From an uncultured cyanobacterium (lineage in GTDB: Bacteria; Cyanobacteriota; Cyanobacteriia; Cyanobacteriales; Nostocaceae): DNA of 64,000 nt. The stretch covers positions 1,088,001-1,152,000 of the forward strand of contig OY970166.1 in assembly GCA_963706595.1 (NCBI GenBank), in the 5' to 3' direction. Positions 42,574-53,600 of this stretch are shown here, piece after piece; the stretch's first letter is position 1, and each line of letters starts with the position of its first letter. The notes under the pieces were generated by a model. That model worked only from the letters and a program-made list of their open reading frames with translations, did not search any database and was not told the DNA's origin. Both the position numbers and the translations under genes were made by a program.

Positions 42574-42831
42574 TCTATTTAATAAATATAAGTTCTTCCA
42601 GACTGATAATCATGGTATATATTTTCTTAGGATATCAGGTGATCCAAAATAACTTGAAAACCAAGCAAGATTAAAAGCCCAAAATATTGCTAAAATACCT
42701 CAAAAGATAGATGCTTAATTAATTTAATTAACTACTAATCATTTATAAAATCAATTGCGTTTTTTGTTTATAAAATTATCTGAGATTATTCTCACTTATG
42801 CGAATTAACCTAAAAGCCTGATAAATCAAGT

Positions 42832-43386
42832 ATGAAAAATCAATTATCCCAGATTTTATGGGTTGTAGGGGCAGCGATGACGGTTGTTTTAACTGGGTGT
42901 GAACAGGTAGTTGAATATTTGCCACCCTTACCTAGAATCGAGATTCCATCAAATCAGCCGCCACAACCGCCACAACCTAAGCAATCTAGCACAACTAACC
43001 AAATGGAGATTGCTGTTCGGCAAAGCATTAATGAGGTGCGTCAAGAAAAAGAACTCCAGCCCCTAGAGCATAATGAGAATTTAGCACAGGTTGCTCGTAA
43101 TTACAGCCGACAAATGGCAGAGAATAACTTTTTTAGTCACACCGGCAATGATGGCAGCACTCTCGAAGAAAGAGTAAGGGCGGGTGGTATCGTCTACTGG
43201 GTAGTAGGTGAAAATCTCTTCAAAAGCACGAATGTTCCTCAACCTGTAAAAGTAGCGGTTGACGGTTGGATGGAAAGCCCCGGACATCGTGAGAATATTC
43301 TCCGTCCGGTGTTTACAGAAACGGGTGTAGGAGTGTGGCAAGTTAACAATACTTATTACATCACTCAGTTGTTTTTGCGGCGTTAA
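42832..43386 (+). CDS. CAP/SCP domain lipoprotein
   Basis: Lipobox LTGC; FFSH, GENL and WM.SPGHRENIL motifs. Confidence 0.92.
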   Translation: MKNQLSQILWVVGAAMTVVLTGCEQVVEYLPPLPRIEIPSNQPPQPPQPKQSSTTNQMEIAVRQSINEVRQEKELQPLEHNENLAQVARNYSRQMAENNFFSHTGNDGSTLEERVRAGGIVYWVVGENLFKSTNVPQPVKVAVDGWMESPGHRENILRPVFTETGVGVWQVNNTYYITQLFLRR

Positions 43387-43390
43387 GACA

Positions 43391-43564
<174 letters not shown>

Positions 43565-43938
43565 CACCCTTCTGAGGTATAAGGTTTTGGTGTGTGTCTT
43601 GGCTGCTAGGCTGATTTTTTAGGTGGTGAAACTTCCGATTAATTCTGTCTGAGGGTGGTAATAAGACTATTTCCTTAAGTGTAAAAAAGTAAGGTAGAAA
43701 TTAAATTTAAATTTTTAATATTTATAATTTTATTTTGGTCTATTTAATCTGTCCCTTTGTGAGCAAAATACGGTTACAAAACCCTGGATTTTGTCTATTT
43801 TCTTTGGAAGAATTAACTTATTAGATAGATAAAATTAAGTTTGACATTAGCGACATCAATTATTTACGAAGTTAGCAATTTTGTATTGCTTAAATTTACT
43901 CTCCATTGCACTTTAAACATGAGATTGGAATTAAGGCT

Positions 43939-44907
43939 ATGGCATTTTTTGGCTATCACGCTTCTCACGAACAATTTAAGCCGAGCGCTCTTTTAGAATA
44001 CGTACAAGCAGCGCATCAAGCTGGATTTAGTCGCATATCTTGTTCTGATCACTTTCATCCGTGGAGCGATCGCCAGGGCGAAAGCGGTTATGCTTGGTCT
44101 TGGCTAGGTGCAGCGATGCAGGCGACACCGTTGAATTTTGGTGTAGTTTGCGCCCCCGGACAGCGCTATCACCCGGCGATTATTGCCCAAGCTGCGGCTA
44201 CTTTGAGTGAAATGTTTCCCGAACGGTTTTGGCTAGCATTGGGCAGTGGACAGGCTTTAAATGAGCAAATTACAGGGGATTTTTGGCCAGCCAAAGCTGT
44301 GCGGAATATGCGGCTGAAGGAGTGCGCTGAGGTGATCCGCGCCCTGTGGACAGGTGAAACGATTACTCACTACGGTCTGGTAAATGTGGAACAAGCAAAG
44401 CTTTATACCATACCAGCAATAGCACCCTTAATTATTGGGGCTGCAATTACCCCAGCCACTGCGGAATGGTTAGGAAGTTGGGCGGATGGATTGATTACTA
44501 TTTCGCACCCTTATGAAAAGCTCAAGGAAGTTGTGGAAGCATTCCGGCGGGGTGGTGGCGCAGGAAAACCAATGTATTTGAAAGTACAGCTTTCCTATGC
44601 AGCCAATGAAACTCTAGCCCTAGAGGGAGCGTATGATCAATGGCGGACAAATATCTTCCCAAGTTATATATTGACAGACTTGCGTCACCCCCAGCAATTT
44701 GAGGCGATCGCACAATTTGTCAAACCAGAAGATATGTATAAATATGTCCGCATATCAGCAGATCCGCAACAGCATATTGATTGGTTGCAGAAAGATATTG
44801 AACTTGGTTTTAACGAAATTTATCTCCATAACGTTAACCGCCAACAGCAGAGTTTTATTGAAGTTTTTGGTAAACAAGTAATCCCAGCCCTTCAAGGTAC
44901 TAACTAA
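43939..44907 (+). CDS. LLM-class flavin-dependent oxidoreductase (TIGR03885-like)
   Basis: GYHASHEQF, SDHFHPWS, RYHPAIIAQAAATL and GSGQALNE motifs. Confidence 0.9.
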   Translation: MAFFGYHASHEQFKPSALLEYVQAAHQAGFSRISCSDHFHPWSDRQGESGYAWSWLGAAMQATPLNFGVVCAPGQRYHPAIIAQAAATLSEMFPERFWLALGSGQALNEQITGDFWPAKAVRNMRLKECAEVIRALWTGETITHYGLVNVEQAKLYTIPAIAPLIIGAAITPATAEWLGSWADGLITISHPYEKLKEVVEAFRRGGGAGKPMYLKVQLSYAANETLALEGAYDQWRTNIFPSYILTDLRHPQQFEAIAQFVKPEDMYKYVRISADPQQHIDWLQKDIELGFNEIYLHNVNRQQQSFIEVFGKQVIPALQGTN

Positions 44908-44924
44908 GGAGTAAATATTCAATT

Positions 44925-47087
44925 ATGCGAGTAACAGTTGGTCCACCCATTCTGATGATTAATCATGGTAGTACCTTTATGGCCACTGACTTGGGGGGAG
45001 AAATTAATCCCCATAGCCATCTGGGAATTTTTTCCGATGATACGCGGTTTTTAAGTCACTATGCTTGTTACGTTGATGGTAAACCCTGGATTCGCTTAAC
45101 TTCCGCCACCACAACATATTATGCCGCTAGGATTTATCTGATCAATCCTCAATTCACTTCTAGAGCAGGTAAAGTTAATCAAGGTGATTTATCCTTAATT
45201 ATTAGCCGGACAGTAGAAGAGGGAATACATGAGGATTTGGACATTACAAATAATGCCTCCCACCCTGTCAACTTTAATCTAGAAATTGCTTTGGGTTCCG
45301 ACTTTGCCGATATTTTTGAAGTGGAATCACAGAAATGTGTGCGTCGGGGACATATTGAAACTAGATGGCGAGAAGCAGAAAATAAGTTAGAAACCAGTTA
45401 TAAAAATGGTAGTTTTTACCGTTGTTTGACTTACCAACCTTGTAACTTTTCATCCCCACCTCATTATGCAAACGGTCGGCTTATTTTTGAGATATCACTA
45501 AAACCGAGTCAAACTTGGCACGCCTGCTGTAAATATAATTTAATTGATCATCAACACGTGCGGGAAGCTGTTGATTTGTGTTATGGAGCAATGCTAGATC
45601 CTAGCAACATTAATACAGAAATTGAAAGGCTACATTGTCAATGGCGAGACTCGGTAACTGGTATTGTCTGCGGTAATGAGGATGTGGTGCGACTTTATCG
45701 CCAGTCAATTGAAGATTTAGGTTCATTGCGATTATATGACTATGATTTTGAACCTGATATTTGGCTACCAGCCGCAGGTGTCCCCAAGTTTGTGACTTTA
45801 TTTGGCCGTGACAGCTTAATTATTAGTCTGCAAAATATGATTGTTCATCCCGGTTTTGCTCGTGGGGCGCTGCAAAAATTAGGACAATTACAAGCGATTG
45901 AATTAGACGATTGGCGCGACGCTCAACCGGGTAAAATTCTGCATGAAGTCCGCCAAGGTGAATTAGCATATTTTGCCAAAGTTCCCCATACTCCTTACTA
46001 CGGTACTGCCGATGCGACACCTTTATTTCTGATTACTTTGCATGAAACTTGGAAGTGGTTGGGAGATGATTTATTATTGCAGAATAACCGGGATAAAGCG
46101 CTGCGTTGTCTGGAATGGATTGATAATTATGGAGATTTAGACGGTGATGGTTTTCAAGAATATCAAACGCAATCATCTGGGGGAATTGAAAATCAAGGTT
46201 GGAAAGACTCAGGTGATGCGGTTGTCTATCCCGATGGAAGTCAAGTAAAAGCACCAAAGGCATTATGTGAGTTACAAGGCTATGTCTTTGATGCTTGGAT
46301 GCGAATGGCGGAGGTGTTTGATGTTCTGGGGGAAGGGAATTTTGCGAGAGAATTACGCACGAAAGCTGCTAAACTACAAGTAAGATTTGAAGAGCATTTC
46401 TGGAGTGAAGATTTAGACTGTTATGTTTTTTGTCTAGATCCAGAGAAGAAACCAGTGCGATCGCTCACTTCAAATGCAGGTCATTGTCTGTGGAGTGGTA
46501 TCGCCAGCCCTGAACGTGCAGCCCGTGTGGTAAAGCGGCTAATGCAACCAGATATGTACAGTGGTTGGGGAATTCGCACCTTAAGCACCAAAAATGAAGC
46601 TTATAATCCTTATTCCTATCACTTAGGTTCCGTATGGCCTCATGACAACGGTATCATTGCCATGGGATTTAAGCGTTATGGTTTTACTGCGGAAGTAGCC
46701 GAAGTTGCTCACGGTATTTTTGATGCTGGAAAGTATTTTGCTAGCTATCGTTTACCAGAACTTTTTGCGGGAATTAAGCGGGAACCGGGAACTTTTCCAG
46801 TTCCTTACATTGAAGCCAATGTGCCTCAAGGCTGGGCTGCTGCGTCAGTTTTTCATCTAATGCAAGCTATGCTGGGTTTAGAAGCCGATGCGCCCAATGG
46901 GTTGCTTTACGTTGATCCACATTTACCAAAATGGCTACCGGAAATCGAACTCCAGCACGTGGAAATTGGTAATTCTCGTGTAGATTTGCAGTTTTGGCTT
47001 GAAGGTGATGTTACCCATTGGGATGCTGTGGTTAAATCTGGGGAGGTTGACGTGAAACAGCAATGTTGGCAACCTTGGAGAAAATAG
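44925..47087 (+). CDS. amylo-alpha-1,6-glucosidase / glycogen debranching enzyme family
   Basis: DTRFLS, DFADIFEV, AAGVP.FVTLFGRD, PGKILHE, NQGWKDS, YH.GSVWPHDN and RLPELF motifs. Confidence 0.92.
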   Translation: MRVTVGPPILMINHGSTFMATDLGGEINPHSHLGIFSDDTRFLSHYACYVDGKPWIRLTSATTTYYAARIYLINPQFTSRAGKVNQGDLSLIISRTVEEGIHEDLDITNNASHPVNFNLEIALGSDFADIFEVESQKCVRRGHIETRWREAENKLETSYKNGSFYRCLTYQPCNFSSPPHYANGRLIFEISLKPSQTWHACCKYNLIDHQHVREAVDLCYGAMLDPSNINTEIERLHCQWRDSVTGIVCGNEDVVRLYRQSIEDLGSLRLYDYDFEPDIWLPAAGVPKFVTLFGRDSLIISLQNMIVHPGFARGALQKLGQLQAIELDDWRDAQPGKILHEVRQGELAYFAKVPHTPYYGTADATPLFLITLHETWKWLGDDLLLQNNRDKALRCLEWIDNYGDLDGDGFQEYQTQSSGGIENQGWKDSGDAVVYPDGSQVKAPKALCELQGYVFDAWMRMAEVFDVLGEGNFARELRTKAAKLQVRFEEHFWSEDLDCYVFCLDPEKKPVRSLTSNAGHCLWSGIASPERAARVVKRLMQPDMYSGWGIRTLSTKNEAYNPYSYHLGSVWPHDNGIIAMGFKRYGFTAEVAEVAHGIFDAGKYFASYRLPELFAGIKREPGTFPVPYIEANVPQGWAAASVFHLMQAMLGLEADAPNGLLYVDPHLPKWLPEIELQHVEIGNSRVDLQFWLEGDVTHWDAVVKSGEVDVKQQCWQPWRK

Positions 47088-47279
47088 ACATCTCCAGAAA
47101 TTATAGCAGGGGGCAGGCAGCAGGGAGCAGGGGGCAGGCTTAAAACTCCTTAATTACAAGGGTTTTATGATCTGTTTTTGTCCTAACCATCTTGGCGGTT
47201 GCTATAAATATGCGTATTCTAGAACCCTTGTAGAGACGTTACATGGAACGTCTCTACATTCTTTTTCACCAGAGGTCTA
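47085..47279. repeat. nested repeat cluster (TAGACATCT...AGAGGTCTA outer arms, TATAGC...GCTATA inner element, REP-like palindrome)
   Basis: Visible inverted ends and shared internal motifs. Confidence 0.55.
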
Positions 47280-47544
47280 ATGATCACACCAGTGAATTAT
47301 CAGGTAAAATTGCTACCTATCCATAATAGTGTGTAAGTGTGTGTATATAGCGGTTATCAGTTAAGTGAGATACAAGAACCCCACCCCGCAAGCGAGGAGG
47401 GGGCTATGATGTACTTCATTGAAGTGGATACCGCTATACTGCCTTTGTGTGCATAAACCGATGACGAGCAATTTCTTTGTTTGTTGTGGCGTGAAAGTAT
47501 CCCATATTGTCACCTTATTTAGGCTCAAGCAAATTAGGAAAAAA

Positions 47545-48636
47545 ATGAAAAAAATTTTAATTATTGAAGATGAAACTCACATCAGAAACAATATCCAAGA
47601 AATCTTGGAACTATCAGACTTTGGGACAGTAGTTGCAGAAAATGGGTTACATGGTTTGCGGTTGGCTAAAGAGACACTTCCTGATTTGATTATCTGTGAT
47701 TTGATGATGCCTGAGTTAGATGGTTATGGTGTTTTAACTCAACTCCGTCAGAATCATGCTACTGCAACAATTCCTTTGATTTTCTTAACTGCTAAATCGG
47801 AATGGTCAGATTTACGTCGAGGGATGGAACTTGGTGCTGATGATTACCTAACTAAGCCTTTTCAACCTGATCAATTATTGCAAGCAATTGCTACTAGGCT
47901 GGATAAACAATCTATATCTGAGCAACAAACTCAGCAAAAATTAAATACTCTTAGTAGTGCTATAAGTCATTCACTACCCCATGAAATAAATACTCCTCTT
48001 AATCATATTTTGGGAATGTCACAATTATTGATGGAAGAGGAGGGAATAGTTGACAATGCAGAAAACTTAGAAATGCTAGAATCTATTCATCAAGCTGCTC
48101 TCAGGCTGCATAGACTTACTATCAATTTCCTGATGTATGCCGACCTGGAATTATTAGCATTTAACCCGGAAAAAGCTGAACTTTTACGCAACAATTGTCT
48201 GCAAAATTCCGTGGAAACAGTAATTAAAAATATAGCTGTAAAAATCGCCAAAGAGGCAAATAGGTCGGCAGATTTAAGTATAGAAATATCGGATGCTATG
48301 GTCAAAATTTCTCCAGACCAAATGAATAAAATTGCTGAGGAAATTATTGATAATGCTTTTAAATTCTCCCAGCCCAATACACCAGTAAAAATTATTGGGC
48401 ATAGCAGTAATAATTCTTTTAATTTATATATAATTGACTTTGGTCGGGGGATGACCAATGAGCAAATTGCTAATGTTGGGGCTTATGTCCAGTTTGAACG
48501 CAAAATGTATGAACAACAAGGTTCTGGTTTAGGACTATTAATTGCTAAGAGGTTGGTGGAATTCTCTGGAGGGGAATTGACAATTGAGAGTTTGGCTGGG
48601 AAGCAAACTACAATTAAGATTGTTCTGCCCCAGTAA
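47545..48636 (+). CDS. hybrid receiver-histidine kinase
   Basis: ILIIEDE, DLIICDLMMP and KPF receiver motifs; HEINTPL, IDNAFKFS, D.GRGM and GSGLGL kinase motifs. Confidence 0.92.
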   Translation: MKKILIIEDETHIRNNIQEILELSDFGTVVAENGLHGLRLAKETLPDLIICDLMMPELDGYGVLTQLRQNHATATIPLIFLTAKSEWSDLRRGMELGADDYLTKPFQPDQLLQAIATRLDKQSISEQQTQQKLNTLSSAISHSLPHEINTPLNHILGMSQLLMEEEGIVDNAENLEMLESIHQAALRLHRLTINFLMYADLELLAFNPEKAELLRNNCLQNSVETVIKNIAVKIAKEANRSADLSIEISDAMVKISPDQMNKIAEEIIDNAFKFSQPNTPVKIIGHSSNNSFNLYIIDFGRGMTNEQIANVGAYVQFERKMYEQQGSGLGLLIAKRLVEFSGGELTIESLAGKQTTIKIVLPQ

Positions 48637-48673
48637 ATTGGCGAAGTTATCAGCATCTCACCTATTTTTACCC

Positions 48674-49876
48674 TTATGAACCAGGAATACTAACTGTAAA
48701 TGTTGTTCCTTCTCCTACTCGACTATCTACGCTAATTTCTCCTTGGTGCAAATCCAGGCATTTTTTGACTATAGCCAATCCTAAACCTATTCCCGGAATC
48801 GTGCCGACGTTAGATCCTCTGGAAAAAGATGTAAATAAGTTACCTTGATCTGCTTCAGGAATACCGATACCGCGATCGCTAATTTCAAAGATCAGTTGAT
48901 TATTCTCTCTCACCATACCAAAGTTAACGACATTGTGATCAGCAGAGTAATTAATCGCATTAATCAGGAGATTAGTCAAAATTTGCCGCAACAGTTTCTG
49001 GTCGCACTGAACAATCAGAGAAGCATTTGGTATTTGCTCATCTAAATCTAAAGAAAAATTAATTGTATGTGTAGGATTGGTAGTTTCTATTTCCTCTTTG
49101 AGATGGCGACAGAAGGCGATTATATCTAATGCTTCTGGTTTAAATTCCATGTTTTCAGCTTCAGCGCGGTTGATGGTCAATACGCCATCCAGAAGTTGAG
49201 TCATGCGCTTGATAGTTTCTTGGATTGTTTGTAGGTGTCCTTGTTTTCTTTCTTCGCTCAGGCGATCGCCAAAATTTTGTAAAATGCCTGTAGATGAGGA
49301 AATAATGGCTAAAGGTGTGCGAAATTCGTGGGATGCTCTAGAAATAAATTGCGATTTTAATTGGTATAATTCCTTTTCCTTTTCCAGCGCCTGACTTAAT
49401 TCTGCTGTGCGTTCAGCAAAGATATTTTCTAACTCCTGTGTCAATTTTAGGAGTTGCTGGTTCTTAATTTCTAAACTTTTATTTAACTGCTGTAAATACA
49501 CATGGGTACGTACACGAGCCAGCAGTTCTTCTTTTTGAAATGGCTTGGTTATATAGTCTACAGCACCTATATTCAAACCTTTAACCTTATCAATGGTATC
49601 AACCAGAGCCGTCATAAAAATTATCGGGATCGACTGAGTGAGAGGATCGGCTTTCAGCTGCTGACAAACTTCAAATCCATTGATATCAGGTAACATAATA
49701 TCTAGCAGTATTAAATCAGGAATAATGCTATGCACTTGTTTAAGGACATTTAGCCCCTGTCCCTCAGTGCGGACGTTGTAACCTGCGATGCTCAAGAAAT
49801 GATTAACAATTTTTAAATTGTTGGGGTCGTCATCAACTACTAAAATTTTGGCGCAACCAGGTGAAGTTTCCAACAT
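48674..49876 (-). CDS. hybrid receiver-histidine kinase
   Basis: ILVVDDD, LILLDIMLP; SHEFRTPL, NLLINAINYS, DRGIGI, GIGLGL. Confidence 0.93.
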   Translation of the reverse strand: MLETSPGCAKILVVDDDPNNLKIVNHFLSIAGYNVRTEGQGLNVLKQVHSIIPDLILLDIMLPDINGFEVCQQLKADPLTQSIPIIFMTALVDTIDKVKGLNIGAVDYITKPFQKEELLARVRTHVYLQQLNKSLEIKNQQLLKLTQELENIFAERTAELSQALEKEKELYQLKSQFISRASHEFRTPLAIISSSTGILQNFGDRLSEERKQGHLQTIQETIKRMTQLLDGVLTINRAEAENMEFKPEALDIIAFCRHLKEEIETTNPTHTINFSLDLDEQIPNASLIVQCDQKLLRQILTNLLINAINYSADHNVVNFGMVRENNQLIFEISDRGIGIPEADQGNLFTSFSRGSNVGTIPGIGLGLAIVKKCLDLHQGEISVDSRVGEGTTFTVSIPGS

Positions 49877-49909
49877 CTTTTAATTTAGGCATTAATTGAA
49901 CGCTGACAG

Positions 49910-50045
49910 GATGTTTTAAAAGTATCCGGCTGTGATTTTATGCACTTAGCGATCCCCCAGAATAGTGATCAAATTCCCCCTTGCTCAGGGGGATGGAGGG
50001 GGGTCTAGAATGTTTTGCTACCGACAATAATACTTTTAAAACATC
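49910..50045. mobile_element. MITE-like element with 16-bp inverted ends GATGTTTTAAAAGTAT
   Basis: Perfect terminal inverted repeat with an internal G/C hairpin. Confidence 0.65.
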
Positions 50046-50617
50046 ATCTAAGGATTCTGTCTATTTTTAGCTTGCGGCACACCTGAATAGCAAACAAAAT
50101 TATCTACAACCTACCGCATCAGTAACTTACCTTAAAGTTTGTATAGCAGGAGTAAACTGTGATATTTTCTATGTGGTAATACTGGATCTAAGCCGAGTTT
50201 ACTTTCTGGTATTTTCACTCATAGGCTACAAACTTTATTATTGTTATGATCTGCTTGAATGTAAAACAGTAGCAATTTCCATTGCATCCGTCATCATATC
50301 CTCAAAAACTGCTAAACAATGTGCAATTAAATCCTAATTTCTGTGTTTGATCAGCATAACCATGACAGCAGCCTAAAAACAGTATCGTTGTTGACCATAA
50401 ATTAGTCATATATCAAACCCCTATCATTGCCGAATTCAGAAAATAAAATGCCAAAATTACGTTTGTTTTTCTTTGAACCTTTGCGCCTAACGCACTTTCA
50501 GCTTCCCTATGGCTAGTCCACGCCAACTATCGCTGCGGGGTGTAGTCCGGTTAATTCATATTTTATACCAGAAACACAAGCCCCCTATTATAGCATTTTT
50601 GTAAATGATTAAGAAGT

Positions 50618-53600
50618 ATGTCTACAAAGTTTTTTTCGGACTCAGATATAGAAAAAAGTATTTTACCTTGTCCTTTGACACTTAGTGGTGAAACTCTGGC
50701 AATTGAAGCAGTCAGGTTAATGAGTCAAGTTCGTGACACTTGTGATCTCACTTCAACATTGGTGGAATCAGATGTTAATCGGCTGAATCATGCAGAACAA
50801 GCCAGTTGTGTTCTAGTATTTGAAAAGAAAAAATTAGTTGGCATCTTCACAGAAAGAGATATTGTTAAATATACAGCACTGGGGCTGAATCTGGAGCAAG
50901 CAACCCTCGCAGAGGTTATGACCCAAATTCCAGTAACTCTGAAAAAATCACAATTTACGAATATTTTTATTGCTCTAAATCTATTCCGTCAATACAAAAT
51001 TCGCCATCTGGTTGTGGTTGATGATCAACATGATGTTGTGGGTTTGGTAACACCTACAACAGCACGTCAATTAATACAGGCGGCTGATATGTTAAAAATC
51101 CGCTCTGTGAATGAGGCCAAGACTTGTGAAGTCATCCAAGCACCACCAACAGCATCTGTATTAAACTTAGCGCAATTAATGGCAAAGTATTCTGTGAGTT
51201 CTGTGGTGATTACAACGTCCGATTCCCAACCCATAGGAATAATCACAGAACGAGATATTGTGCAAATACAGGCGTTGGAGTTAGATATCCGCAACATTGA
51301 AGCTCATATTGTGATGAGTTCACCTTTGTTTTCTCTACATCCTCAGCAGTCTTTATGGGAAGCTCATCAACAAATGCAAGCCCAGCGAATCAGACGTTTG
51401 GTGGTGGTAGGCGATCGCAATGAATTACTAGGAATAGTCACCCAAAACAGTATACTTTATTGCATAGACCCACGGGAGATGTCTGGGACGGTGAGTTTTT
51501 TGCAGGAACAAGTCTATCAATTAGAATCAGAAAAATTGCAGATCCTGAAAAAGCAAAATATAGAATTAGAAATACAAGTTCAGGAACGTACTGCACAATT
51601 AATCCAACAGGCAAATTCCGACCGACTTCTGGCTACCCTCTCTCAACAGATTCGCAAATCCTTGGATCTCAAGTCTATTCTGCACACTACTGTCTCAGAA
51701 ATTCGGGGATATCTGCAAACAGAACGAGTAGTAATTTACCAATTTGAACCAGAATGGACGGGAAGAATTGTGGCTGAGTCCTTAGCACCAAAAACAACTT
51801 CTCTCCTCGGTCGTGCCATTGATGATCCATGCTTTGGAAGCAATTGGTTAGAAGCCTACGCCAAGGGGCGAGTGCGAAAGATAGAAGATATTTATACTTC
51901 TGGGTTTGCTGATTGTCAGATCCAGCTTTTAGAAACAGCTGAAATCCGCGCCAATTTAATTATCCCGATTGTCTATAATCAGCAGCTTTGGGGTTTGTTG
52001 TGCGCTCATCAATCCTCCCAACCACGAGCTTGGGACACTTTAGAAGTTGAATTACTAGAAAAATTATCCAACCAAATAGCGATCGCTATTCAACAATCTC
52101 AACTCTATGAACAAGCCCAACAGCAATGGACAGAACGTAAGCGCATGGAAGAAGCCTTACGAAATATTGCATTAGGAGTTTCGGCACAAACAGGAGAAGT
52201 TTTTTTCCAATCCTTGGTGCAGTATTTAGCCAAAGCCTTAACAGTTGATTATGCCCTTGTTGGTCGGTTGGTAAATGAAGGAACTGATTACATTCAAACT
52301 ATAGCAATTTGTGCAGATGGGGAAATTCGGGAAAATTTTAATTATTCTTTGCAGGACAGTCCTTGTTACCAAGCAATTAACAACAATGTTAAAGGTGTTT
52401 ATTTTCAGCCCTCGCAGGTACAGCAACAATTTCCCTTGAATAGAAATATGGCAGAGATGGAAGCAGAAGGTTATATGGGAATAACTATTTATGATTCTAC
52501 AGGTAAAGTATTAGGAATATTGGCTGTAGTTAGTCGGCAACCTCTCCATGATATCGAGTTCATAAGTGAAATTCTGCAAATTTTCTCTGTACGAATTGCC
52601 TCAGAACTAGAACGTACTCAAGCAGAAAGAAACCTAAAAAAGCTCAATGAGGAATTAGAAATCCGTATAGCGGAACGTACAGCAGAATTACAGAAAATTA
52701 ATCAAAATTTGCTACTAGAAGTTAAAGAGCGTAAACAAGCAGAAAAAACACTGCAAAAACAGTTAACAGCTATTGAAGCAACTATTGACGGCATCGCCAT
52801 TCTTGATAGTGAAAAATATGTATATTTAAATAAATCTCACGTCCAAATGTTTGGATATGACACAGCCGAAGAATTAATCAGTAAATCCTGGAAAAAATTC
52901 TATAACCCAGACGAAATAGCACGTTTTGAACGTGAAATTATTCCTATTGCGACCCAAGCAAAAAACTGGCGAGGTGAGGCTATAGCAAAGCGACGTGATG
53001 GTAGTACCTTCCATCAAGAAGTCTCACTCACCTTAACTAAAGATGGCGAGTTAATTTGTGTTTCTCGGGACATGACTGAAAGTAAACAAGCACAAGCCCA
53101 ACTACAAAAGTTACTTCTGGAATTGTCAAACTTCAAATACGCTTTAGATCAATCTGCTATTGTGGCTATTACAAATCCCCAAGGACAGATTACCTATGCC
53201 AATGATAAGTTCTGTGAAATCTCCCAATATTCGAGAGCAGAACTCATTGGTAGCAGCCATCGCATCATTAATTCTGGTTATCACTCCCACAAATATTTTC
53301 AACAGCTTTGGTCAACTATTACGAAAGGCCAAGTTTGGCGGGGAGAAATTAAAAACCGGGCTAAGGATGGAACTTACTATTGGGTGGATACAACCATCGT
53401 TCCTTTTTTGGATAATAATCGTAAACCTTGGCAGTATTTAGCCATTCGTAATGATATTACTAATCGCAAACAGGCAAAATCTGACCTCCAACATAGTGAG
53501 CAGAAGTTCCGTCAATTTGCAGAAAATCTGCATCAAGTTTTCTGGATGACTGACCCAGAACAATTTGAAATGCTCTATATCAGTCCTGCTTACGAAGAAA

